From: an uncultured Candidatus Saccharibacteria bacterium
Lineage (GTDB): Bacteria; Patescibacteriota; Saccharimonadia; Saccharimonadales; CAYUUR01
DNA: 64,000 nucleotides
Assembly: GCA_964448075.1 (NCBI GenBank)
Contig: CAYUUR010000001.1
Location: forward strand, 129,785 to 193,784
Direction of reading: 5' to 3'
Shown here: piece after piece, positions 55,530 to 63,798 of the stretch
How positions within the stretch are numbered: position 1 is the first letter of the stretch
How the letters are laid out: every line of letters starts with the position of its first letter
Position numbers and translations under genes: made by a program
The notes under the pieces: model-generated
The model's database searches: none
Told to the model about the DNA's origin: nothing
What the model saw: only the letters and a program-made list of their open reading frames with translations

Positions 55530-55856
55530 ATGGAACACGAACCAGCAACAGACGTGTCACAACTTACAGAAGCTATGGACCACGAAACGCTTGTGTGGTC
55601 TGGCGGATTCGAAAACTCTGCACATTACCAAGCGATTGTAGACGCTGGAACTGCAGCCTTGCCACAACTCATTGCAGAACTTGATGCGGGTGCTTTCTGG
55701 GTTTCGCGCTGTGAACTCGTTGCTGAAATCGCACAATCGGCGGGGCTTGAACTCGCCTTTCCTGATGAAGCGTCACGCTGGAGCGCGGGAGAAGGCGTTG
55801 CCTACATTGTGGAGTGGGGCAAACAAGAGGGCATTTATCAGCCTATAGCGGAGTAG
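55530..55856 (+). CDS. Hypothetical protein (108 aa)
   Basis: ORF with the start set at MEHEPATD. No recognisable motif. Confidence 0.4.
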   Translation: MEHEPATDVSQLTEAMDHETLVWSGGFENSAHYQAIVDAGTAALPQLIAELDAGAFWVSRCELVAEIAQSAGLELAFPDEASRWSAGEGVAYIVEWGKQEGIYQPIAE

Positions 55857-55910
55857 ACATTGCGAGAGTGATGATGTCATGCTACATTAAAAGTACTTTA
55901 ACAACGTAAG

Positions 55911-56150
55911 CGTATACAGAGTGCAGCGAGAGATCTAGCTCGTCGACCTGCCAGCAACCTACGTATTGATACTTCCGAGCTCGGGAAGAGCAGCCCGACA
56001 AAATCTCACACGATTTTGCCGGCGCGATGAGAAACCCTGAAGGGGTGTCTCATAAGCGAAGCGAACGCAAGGTGCTCCATCTAGCCCGGATTACAGGGAA
56101 AGATATTGATACGATCAATCCTTTCTCGGGTTATCCAGAAAGGATATTTT
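55911..56150 (+). promoter_or_regulatory. SAM-I-like riboswitch variant with a roughly 100-nt branched P3 insertion, plus terminator/SD-sequestering platform
   Basis: The core strings ACAGAGUGCAGCGAGAGAUCUAGCUCGUCGACCUGCCAGCAACCUACG (55916-55963) and ACGCAAGGUGCUCCAUCUAGCCCGGAUUACAGGGAAAGAU (56065-56104) align with the metK leader. Hairpins lie between them at 55972-55988, 55999-56018 and 56027-56053. AUCCUUUCU (56118-56126) pairs with AGAAAGGAU (56138-56146), followed by AUUUUU and AUG 56152. Confidence 0.65.
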
Positions 56151-56151
56151 T

Positions 56152-56457
56152 ATGCCCGAACAACCAAACCCGTGCGAGACCCACCCTATTGAGGAGGAAG
56201 ACTTCAAACGCTCAGTCCTCCGTGCCAGCATTGCTAAAAACGCCTGCCGATTTATTTTGCCAGGATCAGATCAGGCAGAACTACCGAGCACGCTCATCGC
56301 AGCGTTAGGCGTTGACGTCGCTAGAAGTGCCATTGTCAACGAATGCGCAGACAGGATTGCATCTGGTGAATGTACACGTTACCAGTTGTCATCAACAGGC
56401 GAAGGCATCTGTATCTCGCCCATAGAAGTGCTGCCAGAACCCACAAAACCTTCGTAG
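56152..56457 (+). CDS. Hypothetical 101-aa Cys-containing protein under riboswitch control
   Basis: The ATG directly follows the riboswitch expression platform. Five Cys residues, no TM helix and no recognisable motif. Confidence 0.5.
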   Translation: MPEQPNPCETHPIEEEDFKRSVLRASIAKNACRFILPGSDQAELPSTLIAALGVDVARSAIVNECADRIASGECTRYQLSSTGEGICISPIEVLPEPTKPS

Positions 56458-56522
56458 CGCAAAAAAGTAATATTCTGATTGTGCTTACCACTGTAGATAT
56501 GCTATAATATCACTAAGGTAAG

Positions 56523-56556
56523 CGCCTGAAATAAGTTAAAAACAGGGCGTTTTTTT
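56523..56556 (+). terminator. Terminator-like hairpin plus U7 between the orphan gene and typA
   Basis: CGCCUG pairs with CAGGGCG (6 bp with one bulge) around a 14-nt A-rich loop, followed by UUUUUUU. It lies downstream of a TGcTATAAT box (56500-56508) and 11 nt before the typA ATG. Confidence 0.4.
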
Positions 56557-56567
56557 AGTTAAGACAT

Positions 56568-58397
56568 ATGGCACAATTACAAGACCCAACCAAGATCAGA
56601 AATATTGCAATTATTGCACACGTTGACCACGGCAAGACCACGCTTGTTGATGGCCTACTCAAACAGTCAAAAACATTCCGCGACAACCAAGCAGAAATGA
56701 ACCAAGATCTTATCATGGATAGTGGCGACCAAGAGCGTGAGCGTGGTATCACCATCACCGCTAAAGTCACCGCTGTGCAGCACGACGACTACCGCATCAA
56801 CATCATTGACACTCCTGGTCATGCTGACTTTAGTGGCGAGGTAGAACGCACGCTTAATATGGCTGATGGCTGCATCCTCATTGTTGACGCCCAGGAAGGC
56901 CCGATGCCACAGACTAAGTTTGTGCTGGGTAAAGCCCTCGCCCAAGAACTCAAACCAATCGTTATTATCAACAAGATAGACAAAACAGGCAGCCGCATCA
57001 AAGAGGTCGAGGACGAACTCGCTGATCTGTTCTTAGAGCTAGCTGTGCACGAAGACCAACTCCACTACCCTGTCTATTACGCAGTTGGTCGTGCGGGCAA
57101 AGCTTGGACGGAAGTCCCTACTGACGCTGAAGCTGACGCAAATCTGGACTGCATATTTGATGCCATTATCGAACACGTGCCTGCACCTGCTATCGAGCGC
57201 GATAAGCCATTCCAGATGCTAATCACTGCCCTCGCATGGGACACATTCAAAGGCAAATACGCCATTGGCCGAATAACCCGAGGACAAGTCACAGCAGGCG
57301 ACCAAGTGACACTGTGCAAAAAAGACGGCACCATGAGCAAAGCAAAAGTCGACACTGTCTATATGAGCCACGGTGTAAGTAAATTTGAAGTGCCTGGCGG
57401 TGTAGCCGGTGACATCGTTCAGCTTACAGGTGTTGGTGACGCGCAAATTGGCGAAACTATTGCTGACGCAGAAAACCCTGAGGCATTACCAGTCCTTGAG
57501 GTTGAAGCGCCAACGCTTAAGATCTACCTTGGCCCAAACACTAGTCCGTTCAAAGGCACTGAGGGCGAATTTAGTACCTCGCGTCAGATTGGCGAACGCC
57601 TGGAGAAAGAGCTTGAGACAAATGTGGGCTTGCGTGTCGAGCAAGATGGCATTGGCTTTTTGGTTAGTGGCCGTGGCGAACTTCACTTGAGCGTACTTAT
57701 CGAAACTATGCGCCGTGAAGGCTACGAATTTGAAGTAGGTCGCCCACAAGTGGTGACACGCGAAAAAGACGGCCAGACAGAAGAGCCTCTGGAAGAAGTC
57801 ATTATTGAGGTTCCTGCTGAGCAAGTCGGCACCGTACAGATGGAGCTCGGCGCACGACGTGCCAACCTTAAAGAACAATTTGCCAGCCCTAAAGGTGTAA
57901 CCAAACTTATCTACGAAATGCCAACTCGTGCCCTACTTGGTCTACGTAACATTCTCATGACCAAAACAAAAGGCACGATTGTCATGAACAGTCTTGTTGT
58001 CGGATACCAGCCACTCGGCGCACCACTACAACAACTACGGAACGGCGTCCTTATCGCCTTTGAGACAGGCACTACTACACCGTACGCCCTTCAGAATGCT
58101 GAGGCTCGCGGAGTCTGTTTTGTTGGCGGAGCTGTTAAGGTTTATGCCGGACAGATCGTTGGCCTAAACGGTCGTCAAGACGACATGGAAATAAACGTCT
58201 GTAAGGCAAAACACCTGACCAACATGCGCTCATCAAGTTCAGACGGCGTTGTGCAGTTGACGCCACCAATCATCTTCAGCCTCGAAGAGTGCCTCGACTT
58301 TATTGAAAACGATGAGCTACTTGAAGTCACCCCAAAGAACTTGCGCCTACGCAAACGCGAACTTGACCCGAACAAGCGCAAACGCTTAAGCAAATAA
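56568..58397 (+). CDS. typA: Translational GTPase TypA/BipA
   Basis: IRNIAIIAHVDHGKTTL, DTPGHADF and NKID G-motifs. 609 aa with the EF-G-like domain order and a BipA-type C-terminus. Confidence 0.95.
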   Translation: MAQLQDPTKIRNIAIIAHVDHGKTTLVDGLLKQSKTFRDNQAEMNQDLIMDSGDQERERGITITAKVTAVQHDDYRINIIDTPGHADFSGEVERTLNMADGCILIVDAQEGPMPQTKFVLGKALAQELKPIVIINKIDKTGSRIKEVEDELADLFLELAVHEDQLHYPVYYAVGRAGKAWTEVPTDAEADANLDCIFDAIIEHVPAPAIERDKPFQMLITALAWDTFKGKYAIGRITRGQVTAGDQVTLCKKDGTMSKAKVDTVYMSHGVSKFEVPGGVAGDIVQLTGVGDAQIGETIADAENPEALPVLEVEAPTLKIYLGPNTSPFKGTEGEFSTSRQIGERLEKELETNVGLRVEQDGIGFLVSGRGELHLSVLIETMRREGYEFEVGRPQVVTREKDGQTEEPLEEVIIEVPAEQVGTVQMELGARRANLKEQFASPKGVTKLIYEMPTRALLGLRNILMTKTKGTIVMNSLVVGYQPLGAPLQQLRNGVLIAFETGTTTPYALQNAEARGVCFVGGAVKVYAGQIVGLNGRQDDMEINVCKAKHLTNMRSSSSDGVVQLTPPIIFSLEECLDFIENDELLEVTPKNLRLRKRELDPNKRKRLSK

Positions 58398-58448
58398 CCA
58401 CACCTGCCCTACCCAAGTGAGTGACAAGCTTGCTATAATATAAGCATC

Positions 58449-59354
58449 ATGGCAGTGCCAGCAATCTCACTTCAAAAGCTTACCAAGCGCTACGGTAGTA
58501 GTCGTGGTGTTGACGATATCTCCCTAAAGGTAGAAAAGGGTGAGGTTTTTGGCTTCTTAGGTCCAAACGGCGCTGGCAAAACGACAACTATCAGAATGTT
58601 GATGGACTTCATTCGTCCAAGTAGTGGCTCAGCCAAAATCCTCGGGCTCGATTGCCAAGGAGATCCAACGCACATCCATCGGCGCGTTGGCTTCTTAGCA
58701 GGAGACATGGAAATGGATCCGCGCCTGACAGGCCGGCAATACCTTGAATACGTATCAAACTTGCGTGGTGGCGTACCATGGAGCAAAATTCAACTCTTGA
58801 TTGACCGCTTACAGTGCGAACCAGACCGCAAGATCCGGAAACTTTCCCGCGGCAACAAACAAAAGATTGCCCTTGTTAGCGCGTTAATGGACGAGCCGGA
58901 CTTGCTCATCCTTGACGAGCCAACGAGCGGGCTTGACCCAATTATGCAGTCCGAATTTAACACAATTATCCGTGAACACCGAGCCAAGGGCAAAACAGCC
59001 TTCATATCATCGCATGACCTCAGCGAAGTCCAGCAAATCTGTGACCGAATTGGTTTTATTCGCGAAGGTAAGCTCATCGCAGTACAGCCACTCAAAGAAC
59101 TCACCAGACAAGCCCTAAAAAAAGTAAGTCTCACCCTGACTACCAAGCCAAACAAACAAACGTTTGAAAAGATTCAGTTTGTATCCAACGTTACTATTGA
59201 TGGCAAAACTGTTCATTTGCAACTGCATGGTAATGTCATGCCTCTATTAAAGGCACTCGGTTCTCAGAAGGTCAAAGACTTGACCATCGAGGATGCAAAT
59301 TTAGAAGACATATTCATGACACTCTACGAGGACAAGGAGACAGACAATGCTTAA
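58449..59354 (+). CDS. ABC transporter ATP-binding protein (ABC-2/DrrA-like)
   Basis: Walker A GPNGAGKTT, signature LSRGNKQK, Walker B LLILDEPTSGLD. Confidence 0.9.
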   Translation: MAVPAISLQKLTKRYGSSRGVDDISLKVEKGEVFGFLGPNGAGKTTTIRMLMDFIRPSSGSAKILGLDCQGDPTHIHRRVGFLAGDMEMDPRLTGRQYLEYVSNLRGGVPWSKIQLLIDRLQCEPDRKIRKLSRGNKQKIALVSALMDEPDLLILDEPTSGLDPIMQSEFNTIIREHRAKGKTAFISSHDLSEVQQICDRIGFIREGKLIAVQPLKELTRQALKKVSLTLTTKPNKQTFEKIQFVSNVTIDGKTVHLQLHGNVMPLLKALGSQKVKDLTIEDANLEDIFMTLYEDKETDNA

Positions 59355-60141
59355 GAATATCCTCAGTAAGACCGTCTACGAAAAACGCTGGATGATCGTG
59401 GCTTGGAGTCTCGGCATGATCATAACGGCGGCGATTACCATGGCGCTCTATCCATCATTTAGTCAACTTGGGGCAGATGAATTCGTTAACTCTGTGCCTG
59501 ATTCGCTCAAGTCATTGATTGGTTCTGTCGAAAGTTTCAAATCCATCCCGGGCTACGTTGCCCAGCAAATCTACGGGCCACAGATACCGATTATGACCAT
59601 TGTTCTGGCGATCGTTCTCTACATTGGTATTGGCGTCGGCGAAGAAGATCGAGGCGTGCTACAGACATTGATGGCTCAGCCAATCACTCGCACACAATTG
59701 TATTTACACAAGCTATACGCTGGTGCAATTATCCTCACAATAGTTAGTGTTGCTGTGGGAGTTGGTGTACTTGGCGGTGTTATCGGACTAGGAGAAGAGC
59801 TTTCAATTGTTAGACTTTTTCAAGCCACGCTCCTGCTTAGCCTGCTCAATGTCGCCTACGGTGTTGTAGCCTACGCAATCGGTATGGGAACGGGCAAGAA
59901 GGCGCTAGCCATAGGCGTCGCGAGCACCTACGCCTTTTTGAGTTTCTTTATTACGTCCCTTGCTCCATCAGTCAAAGTACTTCGGCCATTTGAAAAACTA
60001 TCGGTATTCTATTACTACAATAATCCTGCGCCGGTGGTATATGGCATTGATTGGTCACACTTGTTGATCATTGTTGGATTTATTGTGGTGTTAAGCGTTT
60101 TTGGATGGTTGGGCTTCCTGAAACGCGACATCGACGTCTAG
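59347..60141 (+). CDS. ABC-2 type transporter permease
   Basis: Six-TM protein whose gene overlaps the ATPase gene by 8 nt. Confidence 0.7.
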   Translation: MLKNILSKTVYEKRWMIVAWSLGMIITAAITMALYPSFSQLGADEFVNSVPDSLKSLIGSVESFKSIPGYVAQQIYGPQIPIMTIVLAIVLYIGIGVGEEDRGVLQTLMAQPITRTQLYLHKLYAGAIILTIVSVAVGVGVLGGVIGLGEELSIVRLFQATLLLSLLNVAYGVVAYAIGMGTGKKALAIGVASTYAFLSFFITSLAPSVKVLRPFEKLSVFYYYNNPAPVVYGIDWSHLLIIVGFIVVLSVFGWLGFLKRDIDV

Positions 60142-60446
60142 GAAATAACTTTTGCTCGTACTTTATTCATTGCAACAGGGCCAAAGTGACGACTGTCGGT
60201 GCTTTCTGGCTTATTGTCACCGACCACTATCAAGCCGTCGGCCCCGACAACAAAGACGCGTTTTATCTTCTCTTTGCCTTGATGCTCAAAGATTACAATG
60301 TCTTGCGGCTTGACTGACCTGAACCAACCATAGCCAATCACCACTTGCCCAGGATTTAGGTACGGCAACATACTACGGCCACGGACGCGCCGGACAACCA
60401 GTAGCTTACGCCTTTTTGGTTTCCCAGAAGATCTTGGCAATTTCAT
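60138..60446 (-). CDS. sodX: S26-family peptidase, Ni-SOD maturation protease SodX-like
   Basis: GRSMLP (catalytic Ser) and STDSRHFGPV motifs. It lies immediately downstream of sodN with a 41-nt overlap, and no alternative canonical start exists after the sodN stop. Confidence 0.7.
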   Translation of the reverse strand: MKLPRSSGKPKRRKLLVVRRVRGRSMLPYLNPGQVVIGYGWFRSVKPQDIVIFEHQGKEKIKRVFVVGADGLIVVGDNKPESTDSRHFGPVAMNKVRAKVIS

Positions 60447-60783
60447 CTATCATTTCTAGAAGTTTTTCACCCTCGGCAGGTTCAAGGTGGTGTTTACATT
60501 CGCCTGCTTGTTTGGTTGCCTTCCAGAACTTGTTGTGCAGATCCGGATACTTCTCTAAGTGCTCCGGCTTAAAGTAATCAGTCCACAACACCCACAGGTG
60601 ATGCTTTACGAGTTCAGCACGCTGTTCCTTTAAGATTACCGCGCGGAGCTTGTTATGTTCGTCAAGGTCAGGGTATTTTTTCATCATCATCAGCACACTT
60701 TCGGCTTCTATCCGCGCCTGTGCTGGGTCATACACGCCACACGGCAAATCGCAATGCGCATACACTGGTTTAATTCGAAACAT
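60406..60783 (-). CDS. sodN: Nickel-containing superoxide dismutase precursor
   Basis: A 9-aa propeptide MFRIKPVYA is followed by the Ni-hook HCDLPCGVYDP. Confidence 0.9.
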   Translation of the reverse strand: MFRIKPVYAHCDLPCGVYDPAQARIEAESVLMMMKKYPDLDEHNKLRAVILKEQRAELVKHHLWVLWTDYFKPEHLEKYPDLHNKFWKATKQAGECKHHLEPAEGEKLLEMIDEIAKIFWETKKA

Positions 60784-60797
60784 CTTTACTCCTTGTA

Positions 60798-61577
60798 CTA
60801 CATATCCATTATATACGACATATCCATAGGTATGATACCGCCAAAATAGAATCCGTGAAATGCTTTTACGATGCCGTGTTGTTTGTGCACTTCTGGTTCA
60901 ATAGTCGTTCCAAGCCCAAAGGCCTTAGACATGGTAATCAGATTTTCTCCAAGACGCCGCGTATAGTCAGCAAAACGATCTATAAAAACATCGTTGGCTC
61001 GTTCGCGAACATCTTCAGGCAGGTTAAGAACAACGTAGCCAAGCCCAAGTGCATATCGCACTCGGTTTATCTCCTCTATCTCCTTCGCCTCTGGCATTAG
61101 TGGGAATAGTGTCGCATCAATTTTTTCAGATACTTCTAATTGGGAGATCGTATTTTTTATAGTACGCTTGTCATGTAATTGTCGCATTAGAGCATTGAGG
61201 CGGCGAAGGGCAAATTCCGACTCTCCTGGACGCGCCTGTTGAGCATCATGTGCTGCATGCACAATTCCAACCCAAGCCATGCCGGTCGCAAGGTATAGTC
61301 GCCTCATCGTTTCATCGTCTACCCCATCTACATCCTCATAAACTTCCTTCCAGCCTTCGTTATAACCTCGCGTGTTACATACAAGAGTAATATGCCTACC
61401 ATCACGATCTTGGCGTAACTGCGGATATGGAAAGTATGTTCGCTCATCACTGTTAGTCACATACAACGTTGTCGTCTCTCTTAACTTATGGACATCTAAT
61501 TGATTAATGCTGCAAAAATCGTTCAAAAGATCGGGAAACGCCGCATAAAGTCCTTCGTGAGGTTGCTCAACACTCAT
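60798..61577 (-). CDS. Hypothetical protein (259 aa)
   Basis: Its ATG overlaps the trmD stop (ATGA, 4-nt overlap). No recognisable motif. Confidence 0.5.
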   Translation of the reverse strand: MSVEQPHEGLYAAFPDLLNDFCSINQLDVHKLRETTTLYVTNSDERTYFPYPQLRQDRDGRHITLVCNTRGYNEGWKEVYEDVDGVDDETMRRLYLATGMAWVGIVHAAHDAQQARPGESEFALRRLNALMRQLHDKRTIKNTISQLEVSEKIDATLFPLMPEAKEIEEINRVRYALGLGYVVLNLPEDVRERANDVFIDRFADYTRRLGENLITMSKAFGLGTTIEPEVHKQHGIVKAFHGFYFGGIIPMDMSYIMDM

Positions 61578-62218
61578 GATTTACCTGAACGCCATTTTTG
61601 GATTTCAGCGTGATGACCACTTAACAGTACGTTTGGTACTGTCTCGCCGCGGAATTCCTCTGGGCGAGTGTAATGGGCATGCTCTATGTTTTGGTCATCA
61701 TCTTGGAATGATTCTTTCTCGGCACTGGTTTCTCCACCAAGAACCCCCGGCAAAAGACGCACTACACTGTCAGCAATTAGTAGCGCTGGCAGTTCACCGC
61801 CAGTTAGTACATAATTACCAATGCAAACTTGCTCATCTATGAATGTAGTAACGCGTTCGTCGTAGCCCTCGTATCGTGGACAGACGATGATCAGGTCCCG
61901 TTGTGTGGCAGCCCACTTTTTAGCAATTGATTGCTTGTACACTTCACCGCGAGGTGTAGGTAGTAAAACGAGAGCCTTAGGAGAAGTCTTCTTAGCAAGC
62001 TCAATAGCGGCAACTATAGGTTCTGGTCGCAGCACCATACCATCTCCACCCCCATACGGCGTGTCATCAACCTGCTTACGTGGGCCAATACCAAAGTCAC
62101 GAAGATTAATCAGTTCAAACTCAACTGCCTTTTGCTGTTGCGCCTTCCAAAGCATACTAGCATTCAAATACGGCTCAATCGCCTCCGGGAATAGTGTGAT
62201 TATTTGAACCTTCATCAC
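61574..62218 (-). CDS. trmD: tRNA (guanine37-N1)-methyltransferase
   Basis: ITLFPE N-terminus, DDTPYGGGDGMV, CPRYEGYDERV and IGNYVLTGGELPA motifs. Confidence 0.92.
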   Translation of the reverse strand: MMKVQIITLFPEAIEPYLNASMLWKAQQQKAVEFELINLRDFGIGPRKQVDDTPYGGGDGMVLRPEPIVAAIELAKKTSPKALVLLPTPRGEVYKQSIAKKWAATQRDLIIVCPRYEGYDERVTTFIDEQVCIGNYVLTGGELPALLIADSVVRLLPGVLGGETSAEKESFQDDDQNIEHAHYTRPEEFRGETVPNVLLSGHHAEIQKWRSGKS

Positions 62219-62226
62219 CTACTAGC

Positions 62227-63750
62227 CTACTTTGATTCTAATGATACACCAAGTTTTGCGCAGGATTCTTCTAGCTCTTCGTGGGAGATACTCAACGCAG
62301 CTATCGGGTTGGTCATGCACTGTTGAGCAATACGTTTGACGTATTCTTTGGCTTGTGTGTTTAGTATTTCTGGGGCATATTGCTGTGCGACTTCTAAGAC
62401 TTCTACAGCCACTCTAAATTTGAGATGTATTTCTGTAAGGTTATGTGAACGTGTAAGAAGGCTGTTAATCGTATCGACAGCCTCTTGCTCGAACCGCATA
62501 CGATCAATCATATCGTCCATTATTAGTTTGCTCATGGCTGCAAGTTCAGCCCGACAAATCTCAGTCTCTGAACTTAGTTGAAGCGCCTTCATCTGGTCGC
62601 CATCTTCATCATGTTCTGCATGTTCGCTGAGCTCGACGGCTTTATCGAAGGCTTCATTATGATCAAAAGTATTCGAAGGCAGAGAAATTATCTTGTGATA
62701 CGCCCTCTTTGCGATTTCTACGTCAAATTCGTCAGTTTCAGCTTGTTGAGGATTAGATATTTCAGTTAGATGCCACGCCTTTCTTTGCGCAACCATCCAG
62801 TCACCCAGCACTATTGCTTGTGAACCGGTAGCTTTTTCGAGCTCTTTGCTACAACTTGCCATTAGATCGAAATGGTCTGAAAGGAACTTTTCAGGGAAGG
62901 CAAACATAAGTTTACCTTTTTCAAAAAGATTAGCTTTCTGGTAGAGTTTTTCAATCTTGCGGGTTAGTTTACGCCCAGGGTAGCGCTCCATGAGTTCCTG
63001 ACGATAATCTCTAGCTGTTACGAGTTGCACCACAGTGTCAGGCGACCAATAATCAGCGTATCGCGACATCAGGGCAGCGTATTCGTCTTGACCGTTTTCG
63101 ATAAGCGAAAACAAATAATCGTTCATAAATTGGTTGAAGCTGTTTATTAACTCAGTTCGCACACCAGCGTGCGACACGCCATTGATAGCAACACACATAT
63201 CAATACTATTTGCATGTATGTTCATACCGTTTCGCAGTTCGACCATCAGATAAGCTGCAAGCATGCTTGGGTCACCAGAATCTTCGGCCTCTCTACGCAG
63301 ATCACCCAGAACAATCAAGGCACCGAGTGCGCTATCGTCGTCATCTAATTGCAGGGCTGCATCAAGTATGCGCAAACGCTGGTGATAGTCTGTAATTTCT
63401 GGGGTCAGCTCCCCTACGCGCTGATCATTGCCACGTTTCATCTCGTAGATAACTTTGCTTGCAAGCAATCTGTTACGTGATTGTTCAATGTCAGCTATCT
63501 TAGCATCTCTGTCTTCGGCAGCTTTTGTTAGTGCTGCGTCAGAACGCCGCTCCTGCGAATAGTCACGAAATATTTCGTCCTGTGTTGCAATGGCTTCGTC
63601 GTAACTTGCAAGTCCTGCCTGAAAAATGGCTTCTTGATGCTCGTCATAAATAGATCGGGGCTGAGGCTCCGTGTCTTCAAACACCTCGTAGGCTAGCTGA
63701 TCAACATGTGAAAATGGGATTACACCAAACTCATCAATACATTCACTCAT
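62227..63750 (-). CDS. Hypothetical protein (507 aa, acidic, helical)
   Basis: Long ORF ending 8 nt upstream of trmD. No recognisable motif. Confidence 0.5.
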   Translation of the reverse strand: MSECIDEFGVIPFSHVDQLAYEVFEDTEPQPRSIYDEHQEAIFQAGLASYDEAIATQDEIFRDYSQERRSDAALTKAAEDRDAKIADIEQSRNRLLASKVIYEMKRGNDQRVGELTPEITDYHQRLRILDAALQLDDDDSALGALIVLGDLRREAEDSGDPSMLAAYLMVELRNGMNIHANSIDMCVAINGVSHAGVRTELINSFNQFMNDYLFSLIENGQDEYAALMSRYADYWSPDTVVQLVTARDYRQELMERYPGRKLTRKIEKLYQKANLFEKGKLMFAFPEKFLSDHFDLMASCSKELEKATGSQAIVLGDWMVAQRKAWHLTEISNPQQAETDEFDVEIAKRAYHKIISLPSNTFDHNEAFDKAVELSEHAEHDEDGDQMKALQLSSETEICRAELAAMSKLIMDDMIDRMRFEQEAVDTINSLLTRSHNLTEIHLKFRVAVEVLEVAQQYAPEILNTQAKEYVKRIAQQCMTNPIAALSISHEELEESCAKLGVSLESK

Positions 63751-63798
63751 AGTTAGAAGTATTATACTGCTTTTTGGCTTAGAACGCTACTAGATTAC

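Noticed and set aside
56027-56308. A 93-aa ORF across the riboswitch/orphan boundary.
   Set aside because: It starts inside the P3 insertion of the SAM-I-like aptamer and runs out of frame into the 56152 gene. The RNA structure and the platform-adjacent ATG 56152 explain the region better.
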